NCBI GenBank assembly: GCA_041659405.1 | Contig: JBAZYK010000009.1 | Location: 30,001-62,000 of the forward strand | Length of the DNA: 32,000 nucleotides | Direction of reading: 5' to 3' | From: Candidatus Altimarinota bacterium | Lineage (GTDB): Bacteria > Patescibacteriota > Gracilibacteria > UBA1369 | Part shown: piece after piece, positions 24,523-32,000 of the stretch | How positions within the stretch are numbered: position 1 is the stretch's first letter | Layout of the letters: every line of letters begins with the position of its first letter | Made by a program: the position numbers and the translations under genes | Notes under the pieces: generated by a model | Seen by the model: only the letters and a program-made list of their open reading frames with translations | What the model was told of the DNA's origin: nothing | The model's database searches: none

Positions 24523-25608
24523 ATGTCACAAAAAATTCTCATCAAAGTTGGCACCAACGTTATTTCCAAAGAAGATGGAACTTTGGACGAAAAAATCATG
24601 GCCGAAATTGTTGACCAGATTTCGCAGTTGAAAAAACAAAACCTGGAAATTATTTTAATTACTTCCGGGGCTGTTGGTGCGGGAAAAAGTCTCATCAATC
24701 TTGCCGATAAAAATTTGGGCAAAAATGCCGACGTGATCAAACGTCAGATTTTGGCTTCAGCCGGACAAATAAAGCTCATGAATTTATACCTGAAATTTTT
24801 TGGTAACCATCAGTATAACTGCGCGCAAATTTTAGTAACTAAAGAAGATTTCCGCGATCGCCTTCATTACCTCAACATGAAAAATTGTCTGGAGGCGCTT
24901 TTGAAAAATGAAATTGTTCCGGTCATCAATGAAAATGATGTCGTCTCTGTTACCGAATTAATGTTTACCGATAATGATGAACTGGCAGGCCTAATCGCCG
25001 CCATGCTTAATGTGGATACGGTTATTATTTTGACCAATGTTGATGGCATTTTTGATCAAAATCCTAATAATGAAGGTGCCAAATTACTAAACAAAATCGA
25101 CCACAAAACCAACCTGGAAGAATTTATTTCTCCGGATAAATCTTCTTTTGGACGAGGAGGAATGCTCACAAAATCCCGCATTGCCCAAAAATTATCGCTG
25201 CTCGGAATCACCACGCATATCGCTAACGGCAAACGAAAAAACATCCTCCTTGATTTGCTGAAATCTTCCGATTCTCCTGCCACAACTTTTCTTCCATCCA
25301 AAAAACTTTCCAGTGTAAAACGCTGGATCGCCTATTCCCGCGGTTACGAAAAAGGCACAGTTTTTATCAACAAATGCGCCGAAGATATTATCACTTCAAA
25401 ATCAAAAGCCATCAGTTTATTACCGGTTGGAATTACCAAAATTGAAGGTGATTTTGAAAAGGGCGAAATCATTAAAGTAAAAAACGAACAAGGTGCGGAT
25501 ATTGGCTTCGGTATGGCACAATATAGCTCCGAAAAAGCCAAAGAATTTTTGGGACAAAAAGGCAAAAGACCACTCATCCATTATGATTATTTTTTTCTTG
25601 ATCTATGA
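24523..25608 (+). CDS. proB: Glutamate 5-kinase
   Basis: 'KILIKVGTNVISKEDGTLDE', 'IILITSGAVGAGKSLI', 'NENDVVSVTELMFTDNDELAGLIAAMLNVDTVIILTNVDGIFD', 'FGRGGMLTKSRIAQKLS'; genomic context. Confidence 0.95.
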   Translation: MSQKILIKVGTNVISKEDGTLDEKIMAEIVDQISQLKKQNLEIILITSGAVGAGKSLINLADKNLGKNADVIKRQILASAGQIKLMNLYLKFFGNHQYNCAQILVTKEDFRDRLHYLNMKNCLEALLKNEIVPVINENDVVSVTELMFTDNDELAGLIAAMLNVDTVIILTNVDGIFDQNPNNEGAKLLNKIDHKTNLEEFISPDKSSFGRGGMLTKSRIAQKLSLLGITTHIANGKRKNILLDLLKSSDSPATTFLPSKKLSSVKRWIAYSRGYEKGTVFINKCAEDIITSKSKAISLLPVGITKIEGDFEKGEIIKVKNEQGADIGFGMAQYSSEKAKEFLGQKGKRPLIHYDYFFLDL

Positions 25609-26390
25609 AAAATAAAATCGCAATCATCGGTGCTGGCAACATGGGCGGAGCTTTTTTTAGAGGTCTCGCCAAACATTTTCCGATTCAGGATTTGCTTCTT
25701 TGTGATCACAATTTGGATAAGATGAAAGCCCTTGGCGCAAAGGTTTTTTCAACTGATGCCAATGAAATTATCCCCAAAGCTGACATTATTATCTTGGCCG
25801 TTAAACCTCAATCTTATCTGGATTTTTGCCAAACGATCAAAGTAAAAATGGACCAAAAACTGATCATTTCCATCATGGCCAGAGTCACTTTAAAAACTCT
25901 TAAACAAACAACCGGGAGCGCCAAAATTGTTAGATCCATGCCGAATTTGCCGGCTCAGGTTGAGGCCGGTTTGACCGGTTGGGTAGCCACAAAAGACCTA
26001 TCGCCAACAGATAAAAAAATTGTTGAAAAAATCTTTTCCGCGTTGGGTGATTCGATCGAATTAAAAACTGAAAAAGCATTAAATGCACTCACGCCATTAA
26101 GTGGTTCCGGTCCGGCCTACTTTTTTTATATTTGCGAATTATTAGAAGAGAAAGCCAAAAAAATGGGCTTCACCAAAGATCAGGCCAAAAAAATGGCCGA
26201 AAAAACTTTCATCGGATCCGCAAAAGTTTTTCAAGAAAACACCATGACGGCGGCAGAGTGGCGAAAAGCGGTAACTGGCAAAGGAGGCACCACCGAAGCC
26301 GCTTTTGACCACTTCCAAAAGAAAAATCTCGCCAAAATTTTTGACGAAGGAATCGAAAAAGGCCAAAAACGCGCCGACGAAACGATCTAA
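25605..26390 (+). CDS. proC: Pyrroline-5-carboxylate reductase
   Basis: '[17 protein letters not shown]', '[19 protein letters not shown]', '[27 protein letters not shown]', '[16 protein letters not shown]'; start overlaps proB stop (ATGA). Confidence 0.95.
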   Translation: MKNKIAIIGAGNMGGAFFRGLAKHFPIQDLLLCDHNLDKMKALGAKVFSTDANEIIPKADIIILAVKPQSYLDFCQTIKVKMDQKLIISIMARVTLKTLKQTTGSAKIVRSMPNLPAQVEAGLTGWVATKDLSPTDKKIVEKIFSALGDSIELKTEKALNALTPLSGSGPAYFFYICELLEEKAKKMGFTKDQAKKMAEKTFIGSAKVFQENTMTAAEWRKAVTGKGGTTEAAFDHFQKKNLAKIFDEGIEKGQKRADETI

Positions 26391-26400
26391 ATTCCCATTC

Positions 26401-27765
26401 ATGCCCACAAATCTCCAAACTCAGATCACTCAAAAACTTATCAAAGTCCAAAAAGCCAGCCGAAAATTGGCATCTTTAAGCGATTCTAAGGTCAATCAAA
26501 TCCTAAAAGATTTAGCCAAAGAACTAAAACTTCAAACCAAAAACATTCTCGCAGCTAATCAAAAAGACCTTAAAAAAATGGAGCAAGCTTCCCCCACTTC
26601 CGGCAAAGAGTCTCTCAAAAACATAAACGCACAAAATCCTCAAGATCCAAAATACGACCGTCTAAAATTAACTGCGGAACGCATCAACGCAATTGCGGCA
26701 GACCTCCTCAACGTGGCAAAACTCCCCTCTCCTCTTCACAAAATCCTGGAAAAGAAAACTTTAAAAAATGGCCTGCAGCTAAGCAAAATCAGCGTTCCAT
26801 TGGGAGTCATCGGCGTGATTTACGAGGCCCGCCCCAATGTGACAATTGACGTTTTTTCACTCTGTCTAAAATCCGGAAATGCCTGCATTCTTAAAGGCGG
26901 CAGCGACGCGCAAAATTCCAACATCGCGCTTGCAAAAATCATTCAAAAAGTTTTAGAAAAAAACAATGTAGATCAAAATATAATTTATCTTCTGGGGGCC
27001 GATGGAAACTTAAATCACCAGGCTCAGCGCGAAGCTTTAAGCATAATTTTGCAGGCAACTTCTTATATTGATGTCATTATTCCGCGCGGTGGGCAAAGTT
27101 TAATTAAATTCGTGCGTGAAAATTCCAAAGTTCCGGTCATAGAAACCGGTGCCGGCATCGTCCATACTTTCTTTGATGAAAGCGGAAAACTCGAATACGG
27201 TCGCAACATTATTCTCAACGCCAAAACTCGCCGGCCAAGTGTTTGTAACTCTCTTGATACGTTAATCATTCACGAAAAACGGCTCAAGGATCTGCCAAAA
27301 TTAGTCGAACCTCTCCTGAAATATAATGTCGAAATTTTTGCAGATAAAAAAGCGCATGCGGTACTTGCCGCAAAAAATTCATCAAATCGCCACGCCTATA
27401 ATTCCGCCCTTCTTCACCTTGCCACGCCGGAAGACTTTGGTCGTGAATTTCTTTCCCTAAAAATGTCGATCAAAACCGTTCGCAATCTTGATGAAGCGCT
27501 AGAGCACATTCAAGAGTACAGCTCCAAACACAGTGAAGCAATCATCAGCGAAAATCCAAAAAATATTCAACGTTTCCTCAACGAAGTCGACGCCGCTTGT
27601 GTTTACGCCAACGCACCAACATCATTCAGCGACGGCGGCCAATTTGGCATGGGCGCCGAAATCGGCATCTCCACCCAAAAACTCCACGCTCGCGGCCCCA
27701 TGGCCCTGCCCGAACTCACCAGCTACAAATGGCTAGTCAAAGGCAAAGGACAGATTCGAACCTAG
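26401..27765 (+). CDS. proA: Gamma-glutamyl phosphate reductase (start trimmed from 26305 to 26401)
   Basis: '[43 protein letters not shown]', '[19 protein letters not shown]', '[43 protein letters not shown]'. Confidence 0.96.
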   Translation: MPTNLQTQITQKLIKVQKASRKLASLSDSKVNQILKDLAKELKLQTKNILAANQKDLKKMEQASPTSGKESLKNINAQNPQDPKYDRLKLTAERINAIAADLLNVAKLPSPLHKILEKKTLKNGLQLSKISVPLGVIGVIYEARPNVTIDVFSLCLKSGNACILKGGSDAQNSNIALAKIIQKVLEKNNVDQNIIYLLGADGNLNHQAQREALSIILQATSYIDVIIPRGGQSLIKFVRENSKVPVIETGAGIVHTFFDESGKLEYGRNIILNAKTRRPSVCNSLDTLIIHEKRLKDLPKLVEPLLKYNVEIFADKKAHAVLAAKNSSNRHAYNSALLHLATPEDFGREFLSLKMSIKTVRNLDEALEHIQEYSSKHSEAIISENPKNIQRFLNEVDAACVYANAPTSFSDGGQFGMGAEIGISTQKLHARGPMALPELTSYKWLVKGKGQIRT

Positions 27766-27790
27766 GCAATAGAACTATGGTCTTCCAAGC

Positions 27791-28882
27791 CTACCTCTTC
27801 CCCTTCAAACTAGCTTCAATAAACCCGTCCAGCTCGCCATCTAAGACACTGCCGGTATCGTGTTCCTCGTGCTCCGTACGATGATCTTTTACCATGGTGT
27901 AAGGATGCAAAACGTAAGACCTAACCTGATTTCCCCAGGAAGTTTCTACGCGTTCACCTTTAATCGCCGCAATTTCCGCCACCTGTTGTTTCTCCATTAA
28001 ATCCATCAGTTTCGCATTCAAAACTTTCATGGCGCGTTCCTTATTTTGCAGCTGCGAGCGCTCGTCCTGACAAGTAACCACAATGCCCGACGGAATATGA
28101 GTTATGCGCACCGCCGAAGAAGTTTTATTCACATTTTGACCACCCGCTCCACCGGATCTATATGTATCCACACGCAAATCATCTTTTTTAATTTCAGCCA
28201 TATGTTCTTCCGGAATCTCCGGCAAAATTTCCACTTTAGCAAAAGACGTTTCACGTGAGTGCTTAGCGTTAAATGGCGATTGGCGCACCAGTCTGTGTAC
28301 CCCATTTTCGCCCTTCAAATAGCCATAAGCCAGATATCCTGAAATCAACAAAGTTGCCGATTTTAAGCCAACTTCTTCCCCCATCGACTTATCAAAAATT
28401 TCCACCGACCAACCCTGCTTTTCCGCATAGCGCGTATACATGCGCAGCAACATCTCCGCCCAGTCATGGGCATCTTTGCCACCTGTCCCCGCGTGGATCG
28501 CTAAAATCACATTATATTGATCGTATTTGCCATTTAAAAAGGTCGAGATCTCCAGTTTATGCCAATCTGCTTCCAAAGCCGCGACCATCTGCTTAAATTC
28601 CTCTCCACTGGCCGCATCGTCCTCCACCCTAATCGTCGGCAACAAAGCAATAAGCTCGCCACAATCTTTTTGAATTTTTTCCCAGCGCTGAATTTCTTTT
28701 TGCAAATCGCTCAATTCTTTACTGGTTTTTTGGGCACGTTCCTGATTATTCCAAAAGCCTTCCCCCTGCGTTAAAGTCATCAATTCGGCCACCCGCTTTT
28801 GCAAATTTCCCAAGTCCACAGCCTTTAAAGCGTGATCAATCTCTTCGCGGATCGTTTCCAATTTTTGTTTATATTCGTGCAT
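27791..28882 (-). CDS. prfB: Peptide chain release factor 2 (start trimmed from 28930 to 28882)
   Basis: 'HAGTGGKDAHDWAEMLLRMY', SPF tripeptide in 'HRLVRQSPFNAKHSRETSFA', 'RSGGAGGQNVNKTSSAVRITH', 'WGNQVRSYVLHPYTMVKDHRT'. Confidence 0.95.
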   Translation of the reverse strand: MHEYKQKLETIREEIDHALKAVDLGNLQKRVAELMTLTQGEGFWNNQERAQKTSKELSDLQKEIQRWEKIQKDCGELIALLPTIRVEDDAASGEEFKQMVAALEADWHKLEISTFLNGKYDQYNVILAIHAGTGGKDAHDWAEMLLRMYTRYAEKQGWSVEIFDKSMGEEVGLKSATLLISGYLAYGYLKGENGVHRLVRQSPFNAKHSRETSFAKVEILPEIPEEHMAEIKKDDLRVDTYRSGGAGGQNVNKTSSAVRITHIPSGIVVTCQDERSQLQNKERAMKVLNAKLMDLMEKQQVAEIAAIKGERVETSWGNQVRSYVLHPYTMVKDHRTEHEEHDTGSVLDGELDGFIEASLKGKR

Positions 28883-29028
28883 AACGCGGCCCGAAGGGCT
28901 GCTTATAAAAATAAAGTGGCGCCCCGCCAAGCCAAGGTGAATCCATCAGAAGCAGTTTAGCAAAAATTTACATTTTGTTCATCTCTAAAAATTAAGATGA
29001 ACTCAACCGGATAATTTTTTCAACAACA

Positions 29029-29265
29029 ATGGGAATCAAAAAAAATCTAAAAAAGCTTTTGAAGGAGCCAACGGAAATGCGCATAGATGAACTCAAAAAT
29101 GTGCTTTTGCATTTTGGTTTCATCTTAAAAAACATCAAAGGAAGCCATTATACATTCGCCCATCCACGTATTGATAAAATTACGGTTCCTGTCCATAATG
29201 GAAAAGCCAAAAAAAGATATTTAGAAATCATCAAAAATCATTTGATAAATAATAAACTGATTTAA
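29029..29265 (+). CDS. HicA-like (YcfA) mRNA interferase toxin
   Basis: 'RIDELKNVLLHFGFILKNIKGSHYTFAHPRIDKITVPVHNGKAKKRYLEIIKNHL' is a HicA-type GSH dsRBD-like pattern. Confidence 0.82.
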   Translation: MGIKKNLKKLLKEPTEMRIDELKNVLLHFGFILKNIKGSHYTFAHPRIDKITVPVHNGKAKKRYLEIIKNHLINNKLI

Positions 29266-29267
29266 CA

Positions 29268-29690
29268 ATGAAAAAATACGAATTTTCCATAACTGATTTA
29301 AGTCACGATCCTAAGGATCCGGCCTTTGAAATTGATTTGATCAAACCTGACGGAGGTATAATCATGGGTGACGATTATAAAGAGCTTTCCAATGGTTTAG
29401 ACTGCTGCCTGGAATGCGAAAAACATTTTCGCCCTAAAAATCGCAAAAGTATTAAAGCGGTTCATTATATTATTGAAAAAGTTGGCAAGCCCGCAGCAAA
29501 ACATTATCAGGCCAGTATCCCATTATTAAACGATAGCATTGTTTCCGCTGATTCTTTGGGGGAAATCGAAGAAGGCCTCAAAGCTCTTTTGTACTACGAA
29601 AAAATTTCCTACGAAAAATTAATCGGTTGCGAAATTATCAAAACTCAAAACTCTCAAACTGCAGCTAAGAAGAAAGAAAAAGTCCGTTGA
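29268..29690 (+). CDS. Uncharacterised protein in the antitoxin position next to the HicA-like gene
   Basis: 140-aa ORF starting 2 nt after the toxin stop; 'KHYQASIPLLNDSIVSADSLGEIEEGLKALL' is only vaguely HicB-like. Confidence 0.6.
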   Translation: MKKYEFSITDLSHDPKDPAFEIDLIKPDGGIIMGDDYKELSNGLDCCLECEKHFRPKNRKSIKAVHYIIEKVGKPAAKHYQASIPLLNDSIVSADSLGEIEEGLKALLYYEKISYEKLIGCEIIKTQNSQTAAKKKEKVR

Positions 29691-29776
29691 TCAACATCCT
29701 TGACGATGCAAATATTTAACGCTGGTATCTTCCCCCAAGCTTCGGTAAACTGTTGGAGCTTTAAAGTTCTTTTGGC

Positions 29777-31372
29777 ATGTCTGAATCAAAATCCATAGCC
29801 GGCTCCCCTTCCAATCTTCCCGCACAGTCAGGTAACACCGCGCGCAGAATTTTGTGGAACACCGTTTCGCAAATTATCGGTAAAGCCATCATCATGGTGC
29901 TGGGCATTATCGTGGTAAAAATGGCCACCAATTACCTTGGCAAAAGTGGTTATGGTGAATATGCCACAGCCTTTGAATATCTGGCCTTTTTTGGAATTGT
30001 CGCTGATTTGGGGCTTTACACCGTGGGTATCCGTGAAATGTCCAAAGACGAAACAAAAATTCCCATGATCATTGGGAATGTTCTAACTATACGCACGGTT
30101 GTGGCTTTTTTAATGATTGGTGCCGCCATCATTGGCACTTTTTTTATTCCCCAATATCAAAATACCAGAATTCCTATCGCCGTTATTATCGCAGGGGTAG
30201 CCACAATTTTTAATCTGATCACCTCCACGATTTCTTCGGTTTTGCAGGTCCACCTAAAAATGGAATATAGCTCTTTTGCCTCTGTCGTGGGCAAAATAGT
30301 CAATGTTGGTTACATGGCTTTTGTTATCTACATACTTCACGCCACCGACAAAGTTGAAGGCCTTTACCAAATGGTGTGGGCGGGCGCAATCGGCAACGCC
30401 ATCATGCTTGTCATTACTTATCATTACTCCTCCAAACTCGCCAAAATTCGTTATCGTTTCGATAAAGAGTTTTTCACGGATGTGATTATGAAGGCACTTC
30501 CCTATGGTATTGCGCTGATTTTAAATACCATTTATTTCCGTATCGGCTCGATTTTGCTTTCGTTGATGAAGTCCACCGACGACGTCAGTATTTATCGTGT
30601 CCCAATGACCATGATTGAAACGGTTGGCATCCTGCCGCTATATTTCATGAATTCAGTTTTGCCGTTTTTAACCAGATCCATCGCCCGCAAAGATGGCAAG
30701 CACGGCAAAATGATTCAATATTGTTTTGATTTTCTGGTGATGGGTAGCGCCCCGATAGTTGTTGGCACCGTAGTTTTGGCTTATCCACTCATTTCTTTGA
30801 TTAGCAGCCCGGAATTTTTGAGCAATCTCCCCGCCGGATTTTATGGTTCCGACATAGTTTTGCAGATCCTGATTTTTGCTCTGGCTTTCTCTTTCATAAA
30901 TAGTTTATTTGGCTTTATTTTAGTTGCCGATAACCGCCAGGTGGCTATTCTTAAACGAAATCTGATTGGTGCAATTTTTACTTTTATTCTCGATTTTATT
31001 TTTATTCCTTACTTTGGAGTTAGAGCCGCCGCCTTTAGCAATGTTTTAACTGAATTTTATGTGGCCGTGGCTTCATACATGATTGCCAGACATTATCTAA
31101 AATTTAAAATCGAACTTAAAAACGCGCTAAAGGCCACCGCCTGCGCAATTATAATGGGTATCGTTGTTTCATATTCTCACAATTTACTTTATCCGATTTT
31201 TCAAAATAAGAGCCTGATAATCACAGTTGCGATCGGCGGGATCGTCTATTTCGGCCTACTTTTCCTCACCAAAACCATCACCAACGAAATGCTTAACATG
31301 GTCAGAAAACGCAAACCGATCCCGGAATTAACCCAATCGGAAACAGGCGAATCCATGGATACGCCACAGTAA
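29777..31372 (+). CDS. Polysaccharide flippase family protein (Wzx/MurJ/MATE-like)
   Basis: Many TM segments; 'NTVSQIIGKAIIMVLGIIVVKMATNYLGKSGYGEYATAFEYLAFFGIVADLGLYTVGIREMSKDE', 'SFINSLFGFILVADNRQVAILKRNLIGAIFTFILDFIFIPYFGVRAAAFSNVLTEF'. Confidence 0.9.
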   Translation: MSESKSIAGSPSNLPAQSGNTARRILWNTVSQIIGKAIIMVLGIIVVKMATNYLGKSGYGEYATAFEYLAFFGIVADLGLYTVGIREMSKDETKIPMIIGNVLTIRTVVAFLMIGAAIIGTFFIPQYQNTRIPIAVIIAGVATIFNLITSTISSVLQVHLKMEYSSFASVVGKIVNVGYMAFVIYILHATDKVEGLYQMVWAGAIGNAIMLVITYHYSSKLAKIRYRFDKEFFTDVIMKALPYGIALILNTIYFRIGSILLSLMKSTDDVSIYRVPMTMIETVGILPLYFMNSVLPFLTRSIARKDGKHGKMIQYCFDFLVMGSAPIVVGTVVLAYPLISLISSPEFLSNLPAGFYGSDIVLQILIFALAFSFINSLFGFILVADNRQVAILKRNLIGAIFTFILDFIFIPYFGVRAAAFSNVLTEFYVAVASYMIARHYLKFKIELKNALKATACAIIMGIVVSYSHNLLYPIFQNKSLIITVAIGGIVYFGLLFLTKTITNEMLNMVRKRKPIPELTQSETGESMDTPQ

Positions 31373-31382
31373 TTTGGAAACA

Positions 31383-31425
31383 TGCACGAAGCGAGTTCGC
31401 CAAATTCTATCGTGCAATTTTTTTC
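31383..31425 (+). terminator. Rho-independent-type terminator downstream of the flippase gene
   Basis: TGCACG (31383-31388)...CGTGCA (31411-31416) followed by ATTTTTTTC. Confidence 0.55.
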
Positions 31426-32000
31426 ACCAGCTCCTTAAATTGCTCTCCGCGTTGTTTGTAGTTTTTAAATTGATCAAAGCTCGCCGCAGCCGGTGACATT
31501 ACCACCACATCGCCGAAAACCGCATTCTCCCGCGCCTTCATTAAGGCCTCTTCCAGATTTTTGCAACGATAAACCGCCAATGGAGAATGGCGAATTTCGG
31601 CAGATTCATGCCCTGATTTGCCAATTTCACTCGCCGCCAAATTCAGCGCTTCTTCCATTTTTGGCGCAGTTTGTCCCATCAATAAAACCATTTTAAGTCG
31701 TGGATTTTTTTGGAGTTCGATCCCCCACTCTTTGTAATCTGCAAATTTTTCCGATCCACCGGCAATCAAAATTACCGGATTCTTAAAGGCATAACTCGCC
31801 GCCACAGAAGTGTCGGGAGTAGTCGAAAACGAATCATTATAATATTTCACGCCATCAATTTCTTTGGCAAATTCAAGCCGATGTGGCAGTCCGGCAAACG
31901 AATACAGTACCTTTTGGATAGCCGAAATCGGCACATTTAAACTTCGGGCCACACACACCGCCGGCAAAACATTTTCCAAGTGATGTGCCCCAATTAAAGC
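31407..32000 (-). CDS. murD: UDP-N-acetylmuramoyl-L-alanine--D-glutamate ligase, C-terminal part (5' end beyond the window)
   Basis: Frame open to the window edge: 'ALIGAHHLENVLPAVCVARSL...GLPHRLEFAKEIDGVKYYNDSFSTTPDTSVAASYAF..VILIAGGSEK', 'VVVMSPAAASFDQFKNYKQRGEQFKELV'. Confidence 0.93.
   Translation of the reverse strand, partial: ALIGAHHLENVLPAVCVARSLNVPISAIQKVLYSFAGLPHRLEFAKEIDGVKYYNDSFSTTPDTSVAASYAFKNPVILIAGGSEKFADYKEWGIELQKNPRLKMVLLMGQTAPKMEEALNLAASEIGKSGHESAEIRHSPLAVYRCKNLEEALMKARENAVFGDVVVMSPAAASFDQFKNYKQRGEQFKELVKKIAR

Noticed and set aside
26142-26451. Minus-strand ORFs overlapping proC/proA
   Set aside because: Shadow ORFs opposite well-supported proC and proA.
27750-27815. tRNA-like strings ('GGTTCGAATCTG' on the minus strand; 'TATGGTCTTCCAAGCC' on the plus strand, Gly-TCC-like)
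   Set aside because: No consistent acceptor, D or T stems could be folded around them. Part of the sequence encodes the proA C-terminus (GQIRT*) and another part the prfB 3' end. A tRNAscan-SE run would settle it.
1-32000. UGA recoding to glycine (Gracilibacteria/SR1 code)
   Set aside because: Genes terminate cleanly at UGA (e.g. proB), full-length proteins are obtained with the standard code, and prfB is present.
1-32000. CRISPR arrays, transposases/IS elements, rRNA genes
   Set aside because: No regularly spaced direct repeats, DDE/HUH transposase motifs, or conserved rRNA segments were noticed.

Overview
This looks like a bacterial chromosomal window, probably Patescibacteria/CPR (possibly Peregrinibacteria-like; the lineage is inference). 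Most genes have no visible Shine-Dalgarno sequence. UGA is used as a stop and a release factor 2 gene is present, so this is not a UGA-recoded Gracilibacteria/SR1-type genome. Recognisable genes: SdpI-family membrane protein, YgjP-like metallopeptidase, SLH-domain protein, YqeY-like protein, large class I/II aminotransferase, PduO-type cobalamin adenosyltransferase, rpsP, KH-domain protein, small pilin-like membrane protein, stand-alone 5'-3' exonuclease, a RelE/ParE-type TA pair, ftsA-ftsZ, FemAB-like transferase, peptide deformylase, PP2C-like phosphatase, proB-proC-proA, prfB, a HicA-like gene plus unusual partner, a Wzx/MurJ-like flippase and partial murD. The most interesting region is 13042-18713 (minus strand), directly convergent with ftsZ. 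It is a tight array of ten uncharacterised genes with two interleaved protein types. Five are small helical/coiled-coil proteins that appear paralogous. The other five are low-complexity proteins whose N-termini share a short '(N/Q/K)R(L/F)V(F/Y/M)' signature followed by Q or A (B is a looser match). The same signature occurs at the N-terminus of a separate 911-aa protein at 19956-22691. I propose this as a candidate undescribed cell-envelope or scaffold system; its function is unknown. No rRNA, confident tRNA, CRISPR array or transposon was seen.
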